Assembly: GCA_036785375.1 (NCBI GenBank)
Contig: JAWMAR010000009.1
Location: forward strand, 3,968,001-4,032,000
Source: Leucoraja ocellata
Taxonomy: Eukaryota
Reading direction: 5' to 3'
Length of the DNA stretch: 64,000 bases
Shown here: positions 48,760-61,340 of the stretch, in pieces
How positions within the stretch are numbered: the first letter of the stretch is position 1
Layout of the letters: each line of letters starts with the position of its first letter
Notes under the pieces: generated by a model
The model's input: the letters and a program-made list of their open reading frames with translations, nothing else
The model's database searches: none
What the model was told of the DNA's origin: nothing
Program-made: the position numbers and the translations under genes

Positions 48760-49580
48760 TGGCACAGTGGCACAGCAGTAGACCTGCTACCTTATAGCGA
48801 CCCGGGTTCAATCCTTACTACGTGTCTTGTCCGTATGGAGTTTATATGTTCTCTCAGTGGCCACAAGGGTTTTCTCTGAGTGCTCCAGTTTTCTCCCACA
48901 CTCCAAAGACATACAGGTTTGTAGTTTAATTGGCTTTGATAAGATTGTAAAAATAATTGTCCCTAATGTGTAAGATAGTATTAGTGTACGGGGTGGTCCG
49001 GCACGGACTCAGTGGGCTGAAGAGCCTATTTCCACGCTGTATCTCCAAAGTAAAATAAAGTAAATGCTTGTAAACCCTCACACCAAAACAACAACCCAGA
49101 CATTCCTGAGAAATGCGCCGCATGGTAGTACAGTTGATAGAGCTGCTGCCTCACAGAACCAAAGCCCTGGGTTCTATCCTGACCATGGATGCTGTTTGTG
49201 TGGAGTTTTCAGGTTCTTCCTGTGACTGTGTGCATTTCCTCCCATATCCCAAAGATGTGTGGGTCGGTTGGTTAATTGCCCCAAGTGAATGAGGAAGTGG
49301 ATGATAACATAGAGCTAGTGGCAATGGCTGATTGATGGTTGGGATGGACTCAGTGGATTGAAGGGCCTGATATGGATTGCTTTTGTCCCATTTTATTCTC
49401 CACACATTCCCTTCAACTGACCCCAAGTTCTACCATCCACATTCACTCTAGGGGTGATTTATAGTGGCCATTTCGTCCACCAAAATGCATGATTTTGGGA
49501 TGCGGGAGGGAATCCATGCAATTGCAGGGAGAACATGCAAACTCTACATGTGCAGCACAGGTCAGGATTGAACCAGAGAC
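48760..49580. mobile_element. Cluster of HE1/V-SINEs (two plus, one minus)
   Basis: Heads at about 48760 and 49120, V-domains, and a minus-strand remnant at 49400-49580. Confidence 0.75.
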
Positions 49581-50095
49581 TGCCCAAGACTGCAAGAAAT
49601 TGCAGATGGCTGTGGATGTAGGTCAGTCCATCCCACAGACCACACTTCCCACCATCGACTCTATCTGCATTTCATGCTTCTTCGGGAAGCAGCCGACATA
49701 ATTAAAGACTTTAACCATCCCGGCCATTCTCTCTTCTCCCCATTCCAATCGGGCAGAAGATAAAGAAGCTTGAAAGTGTGCACCATGAGATTCAAGAATG
49801 GCTTCTTCCATTCTGTAGTCGGGCTGCATGAACAGTTCTACCACAGGCTAGGTTGTAGTCTGATTTTCCTGCATCTCATTGTGGACATTGGATTTTATCT
49901 CGGGAACTGTTGCAATGCTGAGTTCTGCACTCTGTATCTTTCCCATTGCTCTACCTATTATACTTGCATTTGGCTTATGATACATAAGTACATTGAGTAT
50001 TTATGTATAATATCATCTGATTTGATTGAAGAGTGTTCATAACAAAGCTTTTTGCTGTACCTCGATACATCTAACGGTAACAAACCTAAATCTAA
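49575..50095 (+). mobile_element. Rex1/Babar 3' end
   Basis: AQDCKKLQ..V...LPTIDSI..S; H.LFSP..S.RR.RSLKVCTMRFKNGFF. Confidence 0.7.
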
Positions 50096-51704
50096 AGAGA
50101 TGCTGAAGTTGTAGAGGAACCTGGGTTTCCTTGAACACTGATTACTGAAAATTAAAATGCAGGTAGAGGGAGCATGCCATATATTGGCCTTTATTCTGGG
50201 AGGATTTGAATACAAGACTAAAGATGGTTTGAAGAAGGGTCTCAACCTGAAAAAGTCACCTATTCCTTAACTCCAGAGATGCTGCCTGACCCGCTGAGTT
50301 ATTCCAACTTTTTGTGTCTCTCTAAAGACGCTTTAATACTATTGCATAGGGCCCTGATGCAGTGCATCTGGAATATTATGTGCATCACAAAGAATGGATA
50401 TAATTCCAGTGCAGCAAACATTCACCAGATGAATTCCTTAGATGGTGGATTTATCCCATGAAAAGGGATTAATCGGATTAGGGGCTCAACGCTGCAGCAT
50501 GAATCTGTGCGATTTTCCAAGCAAGAGGGCAGTGGAGGCTCAGCTGCTGAATTTAACACTGAGATCAATAGATCTCGGAGATTAAGGGATATGGAATTAA
50601 TGCAGGAAAAGTGGCGCTGAGATAAAGGCTATTGAATGGCCTATTCCAGCTTTTATTTTTAAAGTGCTTATCTTTTTCTGTTCACTTTGTATAATTTAAT
50701 GCATGGTGTGTGGAGCAGACAAAGCTAAACAAATATTTACTGTATCATTCATTACGTTCAGTTACATCAGTTATCCAATATTTTATGATCCCCTAGTTTG
50801 CTTTGGCCAATGGGATGCATTTGTTATCTTTTAAAAGTTTACTTGATGACAGGAACACTATATAACTTTCACTTTTTAAGCTTTACATATCACCCATCGT
50901 CCTTGGGCACATTATGTCTCAGGGCAGAAAAGCAGATGTTATCTTTTTGATTAACATTGTACCCCAGCGGAACTCCAAGAAAACAACCTTTATTAATCCT
51001 AAAAAACATCTGCTAAAATGTCCTCTCAAGATTGACACAAACTGCTGGAGTAACCCATCAGGTCAGGCAACATCTCTGGAGAAAAAGGATGGATGATGAT
51101 ATTTTGGGCTGGGACCCTTCTTCACTCAGCAAGCAGAGGGGAGGGAACTGGAGGTAAGAAAAAGTCAGAACAAATCATGGCTAGCAACAGATGCCCCAAG
51201 GAAGGGTGGAGCCCACAATGGTCCATTGTTGAATGTTGAAACTAAGAGAATATCCACTGGCAAAACATTTAAATTGTGGCATTAATATCTGTCACTATAA
51301 CCTCTAAATTAACTTCTCATTAGATGATATTTACCCAAGACCATCCAAGAGATTACTCTATATGGGCACATTCCACTGACCTGTTTCGATGAGTAAAATT
51401 GTCACAGTGGCATCAACTTTTGGAACATTTTGTTTTGCTAAGTTATAAAAAGAATCTCTGCTGATAAATATGCTTCTTGGAGGGTTCTGTGCTGTTGTGT
51501 TTGCAATGAAGTGAGAAGCTGGCTTGAAATAAAATAGAAAATGTTGGAAATTGCTCAGCTGGTCAGGCACCATCTGTGGAGTGAGAAACGACAGTCGTGT
51601 TTGAGCCTGGTTACTTTTCACTAGACCTGGCAAATATTAGAGATTTAGCTCATTTTAGGCATGTTAACAGCCAGTGAAAGGTGCAAGAACACAAGGTGGG
51701 CCTT

Positions 51705-53310
51705 GGAACTTGGAACATAGAACAACACAGGAACAAGTGTCCATGCTGAACATGATGTCATTAAACTGATCTCCTTGGCCCACATATCCTTCCATCCCTT
51801 GTATATCCATGTGCCTATCTAAAAGTCTCTTAAATGCTGCTATCATATCTGCCTCAACCACCACCCTGGCAGCACATTCTGGGCACCCACCAAACTTTGA
51901 CTCTCTCACCTTGTTATACCCTATAGCGTTTGATATTTCCAATTTGATATTTGAGATTCTCAATAACTACCATATCAATGTCATTCATAATTTTATCTAC
52001 CTCTATCAGGATTCCATCAGTCTCCATTCCAGAGAAAACAATCCACAGGCATTAGGATGGAAAGACTAAAGGGGTTCATTGCTAAGGAAAAGGTGATGGT
52101 ATTGGAACAAAACAAATACAATGAGTATAAAATGGAAATTACTACTGTAGTTCTGTAGGAGGTGATAGTGGTGATGACAGTAGGGAGTGACCAGTAGAAT
52201 AGATAAGGGAGAATCCATGGGTGATTTCTAGAGGCTTTTGTTAAGGTCCTGCATAGGTTGGTCAACAAAATTGGGGAGCATGGGAATATGAGGAATGTAC
52301 TAGTGGGAATTGATTAACAAAGAGAAAACTGTGGGATTTAATGGGTCCCAGGATGGTAGGCTGTGACTATTGGGTACCATGAGGATCTATGCATGAATCC
52401 TGGCTGTTAATAATCTACATCAAACACTTGGCTGAGGAGATGAACTGCCATACTATATTTCCATGTTTGCTGGTAACACAGACATGGGAGGAATTATGAT
52501 AAGTGAAGAAGTGCATAGTGGCTTTGAGAGTGTAAAGTCAATTTAACTGAATGGCAGGAGCAAAACTGTAGGGAAAAAAATGTGAGCTCAACCATTTTGT
52601 TATTGGTTTATTATTGTTACATGTGTTGAGATACGGTGAAAAACTTTATTTGCCTGCTATCTAGTCAAATCATACTAAATGTCAATATAATCAAGCTCAA
52701 CAGGTAGTGCAAAGAGATAATAAATAATGTGGGATATAATATCACAGCATTATAGCATTCCAGTTACAGAGAAAGTGTAGGATAAAGTGCAAGGTTTGTA
52801 ATGAGGTTGGTTGGAAGATCGGGACTACACCCTGGCATGGGAGGACCATTTAATAATCTGATAGCAGTGGGGAAGATGGTGTTCCTGAATTTGGTGGTAT
52901 ATGCTTCAAGTGTTTGTATCTTCTGATGGGAGAGGGGAAGAAGAGGGAATGACCAGGGTTCAATGCACAGAACAGAAAGCAAAGTATATTTAAAATTGCG
53001 AGACAGATTAGGAAACATTGATGTTCAAAGCATGTAGGTGTTCGACCACCTCCATTTCAGCACCATTGATGCAGATTGTTGGTGTGTCCTCCACCCTGCT
53101 TCTTGAAGCTGATGTCCAGCTCCTTTGTTCTGCTGACAATGAAACAACAAGTTTTGTTATTTTGACACCATGCTACTAAGTTCTCTACTGCCTTGGAGTC
53201 CCTCCACCCCTCCCGTCATTGTCTGAAATCTGGCCCACCATGGTTGTGTCATTTACAGACATGTAAATAGAGTTAGAACAGAATAGCTGGACAGTAATGA
53301 GTGTGTAATC
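51705..53310. mobile_element. Mosaic of decayed CR1 (51705-52600) and Rex1 (52600-53310, minus) fragments
   Basis: CR1 terminus and RT remnants (gtaccatgaggatc, tttgctggtaacac). Rex1 TTKFRNTIFPTAIRLLN in ORF 52764..53018. Confidence 0.6.
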
Positions 53311-53589
53311 TTCATTATCTTTATATAGTTATCACAAAGGGAAAGTTTATTTCTAGGATGTAAAGGGTTGATAGTTGGTGTGAGAATGAACCACTTTTGC
53401 ACCTGGACTGTGACTTGAATGAGTCAGATTTGGTTGCTGGGCAAAATAGCTCAACATTTAAATCTGGTATAAAATCTTCAGCTAACAAGACTTGACAGTG
53501 CTGTCAACATTGATAAGTTGGATGGACCTTCACCGTGGTATGATTCTGGTACTTTGAGGACAAGGGAGTGTTTAAGGAGAATGGCAGGA

Positions 53590-53775
53590 CAATGGCACAG
53601 TGGGTAACACTGCTGCCTCACAGCACCAGAGACCCAGGTTCGATCCTGACTGTGGGTGCTGTCTATGTGGAGTTTGCACATTTTCCCTGTGGCTGCATGG
53701 GTTTCCTCCGGGTGCTCCCGTTTTCTCCCTCAGCCTGAAGACGTGCAGGATTTATAGGTCAACTGGCCTCTGTAC
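53590..53775 (+). mobile_element. HE1/V-SINE
   Basis: B box ggttcgatcc and V-domain tgtggagtttgcacattttccctg...gggtttcctccgggtgctcc. Confidence 0.85.
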
Positions 53776-54889
53776 ATTAGAGGTGAGGGGAAGTTGAGAT
53801 CATATAATATCAGTGTGGGACAGGTATGTGAAGTGGTGTGCCACCACTTATGCAGGGTTGGAGACACAGCAAGCAATACAGGCTGGAATCTTGATTTTTT
53901 TTTTAAATTGCTGAAGGAACCGAGCTCATTTCCGCAGTTTGTTTTTTTTACTTATGCAGGGTTTCTGTTTGTTTCTGATGCATGACTGTGAGTCCTCCAA
54001 TACCACCCCAAATGGTCCTCTTATGCTCTGAGCGACCAAGGTCCAAAGGTTTTCGAGAGTCGTGAAGATATTGAACTTCTGCTAGGAAGCTTTGGGCCAT
54101 GGTGTTGAGGATTCTTTAAAAGACATTTGGACAGGTATATGGACTGGAAGGATACAGACGGCTATGGGCCAAATGCAGGCAAACGGGGCAAGCCCAATAT
54201 GCCAACTTAGTCCTCATGGGCAAGGTGGGCTGAAAGACTTGTTTCCATGATGTGTAGCTCTAAGACTGCTGGTTACCATTACAGATACAAGTTGTAATTG
54301 GTATATGGTAACAAAATACAAATATAAATTCAAGAGACCAAAGACATATGGTAACTTCATGAATCTCTAAATGTTGCAACTGGTTTGAAAACTGCTGAAA
54401 ATGAATATTATTTTTGTGTGTAAACCTTTTTGATCTATCTTCTGCCCAATGACTATAAAGCTGTCAGCAAACTGCTGATGCCAGATTAATTATGTTCTTG
54501 TTTGCACTCGGTAACGGGTATATGTACTGTATGTATTTAATCATGCCATTTAATTCAAGACCTTAAGTTGTTCTTTAATTGGTCTAAATTTTTGACAGAA
54601 ATATGACAACGAGACCTGGCTAATAAGCAGAACACAGATTTCCTGTAATGTTTAATGCATGTTAGTACAAGGATCCTGCCTAACAGCTGGAAGAAGCAAA
54701 AGTTAAAACAAAGTTAAGGTGCAAAACAAATGGAACTTCATCTGTGACATTTACACTGACTATCAAAGGTAAATGTTTCACCAGTGCATTCAAATGAGTG
54801 GATTAAATGATAACGCATTTTGCCATAACCTTTATTTGCTCCCATGGTACTCCATTGATTTATTAGTTCCTATTGATTTATTAGTTCCT

Positions 54890-55698
54890 AGGTTATCCAT
54901 TTTGGTGGCAAAAACAGGAAAGCAGACTATTATCTAAATGGTGGCCGATTAGGAAAAGGGGAGATACAGCGAGACCTGGGTGTCATGGTATACCAGTCAT
55001 TGAAAGTAGGCATGCAGGTGCAGCAGGCAGTGAAGAAAGCGAATGGTATGTTAGCTTTCATAGCAAAAGGATTTGAGTATAGGAGCAGGGAGGTTCTACT
55101 GCAGTTGTACAGGGTCTTGGTGAGACCACACCTGGAGTATTGCGTACAGTTTTGGTCTCCAAATCTGAGGAAGGACATTATTGCCATAGAGGGAGTGCAG
55201 AGAAGATTCACCAGACTGATTCCTGGGATGTCAGGACTGTCTTATGAAGAAAGACTGGATGGACTTGGTTTATACTCTCTAGAATTTAGGAGATTGAGAG
55301 GGGATCTTATAGAAACTTACAAAATTCTTAAGGGGTTGGACAGGCTAGATGCAGGAAGATTGTTCCCGATGTTGGGGAAGTCCAGGACAAGGGGTCACAG
55401 CTTAAGGATAAGGGGGAAATCTTTTAAAACCGAGATGAGAAAAACTTTTTTCACACAGAGAGTGGTGATTCTCTGGAACTCTCCGCCACAGAGGGTAGTT
55501 GAGGCCAGTTCATTGGCTATATTTAAGAGGGAGTTAGATGTGGCCCTTGTTGCTAAGGGGATCAGAGTGTATGGAGAGAAGGCAGATATGGGATCCTGAG
55601 TTGGATGATCAGCCATGATCATATTGAATGGCGGTGCAGGCTTGAAGGGCCGAATGGCCTACTCCTGCACCTAATTTCTATGTTTCTATGTTTCTATG
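54890..55698 (+). mobile_element. CR1/HER1 LINE, 5'-truncated, open 204-aa ORF2 C-terminus
   Basis: ORF 54985..55599 (LYRVLVRPHLEYCVQFWSP...RRLRGDLIETYKIL). (TTTCTATG)3 tail. Confidence 0.95.
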
Positions 55699-56226
55699 TA
55701 TCTCATTTTGTTTAACTTATAAACTCGCATTACAAACCTGAAATAAAACCTGATGTTCTGTCTCCCATGGACTGATGCTGGGGCTGAATCACTCTTTTCA
55801 GAGCTGCACAATTTAAAATGATGCTACTTATTTTGTGTATTATTGATATCATTCAGAAACATACTCGAACGCTTATTTCCACACCATGGACTGGGACTTT
55901 GAGAGCACAGTCTTGCAGTGATTTGGACCAAATTGTTCGTGGAGTGACATTTGCTCCCGGGACAACCATGTGTAAGTAACACATTTCTGTGTAAGTAACA
56001 CATTTCAAGATTGGGACGTTTGGTTCTTGACTTGCCATTAATAGTTTGTATCCCATTCCCACCACACCCTCTTTTCACCAAATCCTTCCCCAAAGCTGCA
56101 CCAATACCACTCTTGATCCACCATCGGAACTTGGACAGGTACACTGAAATGAAAGGTTTGAACCCAATGTGGGGAAATTGGATGACCTTAGGTGGGCCAT
56201 CTTGGTCAGCATGGGTCAGTTGGGCC

Positions 56227-56362
56227 GGGGTGGAAGATTGCAACCTTCACGTGGTCCATCCTGTTTCGACTAATGCAATCAACTCGACGTGCACAAATGG
56301 AAGATCAAATCGAACAAGTTGTCCAACAACTTTAGGCTGTGCACGCCACACGGAAGGAGAAG
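56227..56362 (+). mobile_element. 136-bp non-LTR 3' end with GAAG-type tail, inserted in a CR1 tail
   Basis: 12-bp TSD gtcagttgggcc (56215-26) / gtgagttgggcc (56363-74). Ends ...gcacgccacacggaaggagaag. Confidence 0.7.
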
Positions 56363-57289
56363 GTGAGTTGGGCCAAAGGGCCTGTTTTCCTGCCATATGA
56401 CTCCATGACCAGCCTCAGTGCCCTGATTCCTGATGCCTTATTGGACAGGAACAGCTGCTTTCCTACAACTGTAAGGTTCTTGAAATGATCCACACAATTC
56501 TACACCTGTCTCAGTCACTGAACACTATGGACTACCTCTTGCACTACCATAGGCTATAAACATCTACCATGTTTTTGCACTAATGTCTTGTTATTGCACA
56601 GTCTTTTTCTTTTTGTTGTCTTGCATGCTTTGTACATTATGTCGGCTGGTCTTTGTGCCTGTGATGCTGCTGCAAGCAAGGTTTTCATTGTACCTGTATC
56701 TCACTGTACTTTTCTGACATTAAACCCAATTTGACTTGACTTGATCCTCTGAATGTTCAAACACCTTTGGGGGGAGGTCATGTAGATGGTCCAAAAGCTT
56801 CTGAGGGCAGAGATCCTCACACCCAAGATTACAGAGATCCTCACACCCAGATCCTCACACCTTTCATTACAGTGTTGAGACATATCCTGATTAATGCATC
56901 GTGGCAGGGATATGCCATGAACCATGTGTTAATACAAGAGATGGCCTCTCAATGTCTTACCTCATTTCAGCAGAGTGATTTGAATGAGAGTCCATTAATA
57001 TAAACATTCACCCATTGGCCTCTGCGTAGTTATAATGGTAACAATTCAGAATATCCCACACCTGATAATGGGCTCAATGGCCTTAAAGTATATTGTGAGC
57101 AAGTTTGTTTTTCTATTTTGAATATTTGGATCTCATTTTAATTAATATATTCTATCCACATAATTTTATTATTCCTGAATATTCTCTAATGCTTTGTCAT
57201 GGATGGGCAATGTTTGACCTGCTGAATTACTCCAGCACTTTCTCCTTATTTCTATTATTCTTTCACAGCAGTCTCTGCTGTCTAAAGAT

Positions 57290-57841
57290 GTCCTCTTTTT
57301 TCATTAAATGTGATTTCCCCCGCCTGCTGATTGGATGGAGCCCTCACCAGCATTTGTGTTGCATAGTTCTTTCTCTCTCCCTCCCTCCACATGGAACATG
57401 ATGGAGTTCCACTGGTCCTCGCCTTCACCCCATCAGGCTCTGTATCCAACACATCATTCCCCAATGTGATTCAATGTGATCCCTCACAAGTCACATCTTC
57501 CTGTCCCCAACCCTTTTTGCTTTCAGTAGAGACTGTGCTCTCTGCATTTCCTTGGTTCGCCGCCCAAATCACCCCCTCCCCAGCTACTTTTCCCAACAAC
57601 TATGGGAGGTGTAACACCTGCCTCACCACCTCTCACCTCCACCCATGGATCACTGCAGCTTTTCCAGGCGAGGGATAGATTCACTTGCATCTCTTCTAAC
57701 CCCGTCTTTTGCATTCGGTGCTCCTGATGTGGCCTCCTCTACATCAGCAAAACCTAGTGTGGACGATGCATTAGTTTCACTGAACACCTGCGCTCGGTCC
57801 ATCAAGAACTGCTCCATTTCACAAATGCCAACCATTTTAAC
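57290..57841 (+). mobile_element. Decayed Penelope-like element (GIY-YIG region)
   Basis: VPLVL at about 57405, C..GRCNTC, SSNPVFCIRCS*CGLLYISKT, NHFN. Confidence 0.75.
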
Positions 57842-58190
57842 TTAAGGAGAGGAGGGGGGATGTCTCCCTCCCATTCGTACGGAACATTTGCATTTTTCAG
57901 CTTGAAATTGTGCAATCTGGTGCATACTGTAGCTTGAATGCAATATATATGCTTTAAATTGGATTGGAGCGTTTTTGAAAGGGGGGGAGGCTGTGCGATC
58001 ACAGATCACTGGCCTTGGGGGTACCCGGTGAGAGAGTGGAGCAACCGAGTGGGGAGAGGGTGTGGAAGAAGGGTGTCCCCCCTCCCAGGGTAGGAACTTT
58101 TTGAAATTTGATGTATTAAAATCATGTTTTAGTGCACTGTAGAAGTATGATTTCAATGTTTTTTGTATGAAGTATTTTTATGAGGTAACT
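57842..58190. mobile_element. Probable internal fragment of a DNA transposon (hAT-like subterminal sequence)
   Basis: Two related blocks (ggggg.tgtc.ccctccca...ttttg...tgaaattgtg...gtgca). No TIR found. Confidence 0.4.
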
Positions 58191-58815
58191 TTTTAAGGGG
58201 TAACTTTATCCACACAAAGGGTGATGGGTGTATGGAACAAGCTGCCAGATGAGATAGTTGAGGCAGGGACCATCCCAACATTTAAGAAAAAGTTAGACTG
58301 ATACATGGATAGGACAGGTTTGGAGGTATGGACCAAAAGCAGGTAGCGTATCAGGGACATGTTGGCGGGTGTGGGCAAGTTGTGCCGAAGGGCCTGTTTT
58401 CACACTGTATCACTCTATGACTACATTATACCTCCACCATGCATGAATGCTTCAAAATCAAGTTATTGCGTTTTATTGCCATATACTCAAGCATAGAAAC
58501 ATAGAAAATAGGTACAGGAATAGGCCATCCGCCCTTCGAGGCAGCACTGCCATTCAATATGATCTTGGCTATTCATCTAAAATCAGTACCTCTGTCCTGT
58601 TTTTTCCCCATATCCCTTGATGTCGTTAGCCTCAAGAACTAAATGTAACTCTCTCTTGAAAACATCCAGTGAATTGGCCTGCACTGCCTTCTGTGGCAGA
58701 TAATTCCACAGATTCACAACTCTCTGCGTGAAGAAAGTTTGTTCTCATCTCAGTCCTAACTGCCCCCCACCCCCCCATGGTTCTGAACACCCCCAACATC
58801 GGGAACATTTTTCCA
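58190..58815. mobile_element. Two tail-to-tail CR1/HER1 3' ends
   Basis: Plus copy 58190-58422, minus copy 58493-58815 with catagaaacatagaaa tail. Confidence 0.85.
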
Positions 58816-58932
58816 ATAAGCTATGCAGTTACAATAAGTGAAAATCTAGCAGGCAAGCAGGATGCTTTCACCAACCACCCCCATTTGAAATCCACTATCT
58901 TCCACCGTTTCTACCCAGTGCTTGGTACTTAT

Positions 58933-59087
58933 TTCCAGCAGCCACTGGTTGTCCTCCAGGATGCACCGAGCCGCAGCCTGATCCATGCCGGTCACCTGGG
59001 CGAATTCGGCACAGAGATTCTCACGGCAGCGGTGCAACGCTTCGACGCCTCCGACAGCCCGGGATTCTTGCACTGAGGCTGCTCCAT
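58933..59087 (-). pseudogene. TDP2: TDP2-like first coding exon (N-terminal UBA-like domain), frameshifted
   Basis: RCRENLCAEFAQVTGMDQAAARCILEDNQWLLE matches the TDP2 N-terminal pattern LCxEFAxxxxxDxAxAxCxLxxNxWxxE. The ATG at 59087 is one base out of frame relative to the second copy. Followed by ATAAGT, possibly a mutated GTAAGT donor. Confidence 0.75.
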
Positions 59088-59182
59088 GGCCAGAGTTGCA
59101 GTGAGCGACTCACCAGCCCGGCAAACACTCGCCAGCCCCACTCCCCGTCCGCATCTGTCCCCGCCGCTGCTTCTGCTTCCAA

Positions 59183-59680
59183 CATGCTCTCATCTCTCTC
59201 TCCTCCTCTCTCTCCTCTCTCCTTCCCTTTGCCCCATTTCTCCCACCCACCTCACTCTCCCCCTTGCTCTCTCTCTCTCCCCTCTCTCTTTCTCCTCTCT
59301 CTATCTCCTCTTTCTCTTTGCTCCCCCATCTCTCTCTCTTTCCCCCCTCTCTCCCTCTTCCCCCTCTCTCTTTTACCACCCCTCTCTCTTCCCCCTCTCC
59401 CATTTTCTCTCACCCTCTCCTGCCTCTTCACCCCTTCTCTCTCTATTCCCTCTTTCTTCCCTCTCACCCCTCTCTCCCCCCCTCCCACTTCACTCTCCCC
59501 CTCTCTCTCCTACCTAGCTCTCCCCACTCTCTCTTCCCCCCCTCTCCCTCTTCTCTCTTCATTCACTCCCCCCTGTCTCACCCCTCTCTCCTCTCTCTCT
59601 CTCCCCCCTGTCTCCCTCCCCCCTGTCTCCCTGTCTCCTTCCCCTCTCTCTCTCTCCACCTCCCTTTGAGAGTCTGTCCC
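59183..59680 (+). repeat. CT-rich low-complexity tract
   Basis: About 500 bp almost purely C/T. Confidence 0.95.
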
Positions 59681-59764
59681 TTCGGCACAGAGACTCTCGC
59701 AACAGCGGCGCAACAGTTCCGACGCCTCCGACGGCCCGGGACACTCGCACTGGGGCTGCTCCAT
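59681..59764 (-). pseudogene. TDP2: Second, truncated copy of the TDP2-like exon start
   Basis: MEQPQCECPGPSEASELLRRCCESLCAE, then breaks into the CT tract. Nucleotide homology with copy 1 extends about 100 bp upstream of the ATG (to about 59873). Confidence 0.65.
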
Positions 59765-61069
59765 GGCCAGAGCTGCAGCGAGCGACTCGCCAGCCCCGCA
59801 AACACTCGCAGCACGGCAAACATTCGCCGGTCCCGGCTCCCCGCATCTGTTCCCAACGCTGGTTCTGCTCCCATCCCTCCCTCAGCCCCTGCTCTCCAAC
59901 ACCCGCGGACCATGCAGTTTATCCGAGTTTTGAAATTTTCATTGATCACAGAATTTCTCACCACAAAGCGTGAGAAATTTCTGATCAGCGTGAGAGTTTG
60001 CTTGAGGGCCTGATTGGCAGCCCTGTTCATACTCTCCCAGTCCCTTTACCTTTCTTGCCTTCATCTCTCACCCATCTCACCTGAGTCCCCCACTTTCCCT
60101 ATTATTCCCCCCCCCCCATTTCCACTTAAACCCCTCCCTCTGGCTTTACATTTCACTCCTCTTCTTTCCTTATCTGATGCCCTTTTCATCATTATCTGTT
60201 GATCTTATCACTTTACATTTTTTCGTCAACAAACGTCTCACCAGCAAAAGGTTATATTTATTAAAAAAAGTAAATTGGGTGTGGTATACATCTCCAGCTT
60301 TAGAGAACTCAGTTTGGGGGTGGCCATCTGTGCTGTGTTAAACTGAATGACCCAAAGCAATGAACTGATGCTGAAGTGCTAACTGCAGCAACTTGAGCAG
60401 CACAAATTTGTGCAAATAACTCTGGCTCCATCAAGTCTAGTCCTTATTAAACTTCTGCCATTACCTTTCTTCAGCCGTTCAAATGACAATGGGGTTTTAT
60501 CTGCCTTAGCAGCCAGATTTGCCAACTGCTTGCTTGTGACATTTGCAAATGGATACTGGTCATTAGGAGAGCTCAGTGTCAATAAAGCAATGACATTTAT
60601 ATGCACTAATATTTACACATTTGATGAAGAGATTGAGTCTGTAATGGTCAGAGTAACACGGATAATAAAAAACTATGATTAAGGAAACGTTTAATAGTAC
60701 CCTGGTTATATAAGCTGTCGATAACTGTTTACTTTCAGGAGGCTTATGGGCTTTGAGACAGTGACTACATCAACCTGCATTAAAACACAGGCCGTGAGAT
60801 TTTAACCCATGGGTTGACCAGAAGGTGGAAGTCTCAATCGTATTACAGATGCTTAGAGAGAGAGAGAAAGAGAGTGAGGAATAGATTGACTTTGCCTCAA
60901 TGTCTAGAGTAGATGGAGCCTGACTGTGAGAAGAAGGGATGAGGGTGCATTCAAGGGCCAGAGAGAGCAGAGAGCTCCTTGCACAATTCAAGTGGCTGGT
61001 GGCAATGTGGTTGTGGCTCAGGCTTGGGTGGACACAGGGTACCAAACTGTTTATTCATGTAGGGATCAT

Positions 61070-61340
61070 GTTTAGTTTAGAGATACAGTATGGAAACAGG
61101 CACTTCAGCCCACCAAGTCCGCACCGACCAGCGATCCCCGCACATTAACACTATCCTACACACACTAGGGACAATTTGACATTTATACCAAGCTAATTAA
61201 CCTACAAACCTGCACCTCGTTGGAGTGTGGCATGAAACTGAAGATCTCAGAGAAAACCCATGTAGGTTCACGGAGAGAACGTACAAACTCCTTACAGACC
61301 CGTAGTAAGGGTTGAACCCGGGTCTCTGGTGCTGCAAGGC
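61070..61340 (-). mobile_element. HE1/V-SINE
   Basis: tttagtttagagatacag tail, V-domain, gggttgaacccgggtctctgg B-box region. Confidence 0.85.

Noticed and set aside
54854-54889. 18-bp tandem duplication at the CR1 5' junction as a TSD
   Set aside because: Both copies are on the same side of the element, so it is a local duplication only.
58880-58932. Continuation ISTKHWVETVEDS as spliced TDP2 exon 2 (retrocopy)
   Set aside because: It lacks the conserved RAL(N)SYF and begins with donor-like ATAAGT. Intron sequence is favoured, although a retrocopy is not fully excluded.
59086-60013. Long Pro/Ser/Leu or Arg/Glu/Gly ORFs (also 3642-4182 and 24226-24558)
   Set aside because: Artefacts of CT/GA low-complexity tracts that lack stop codons.
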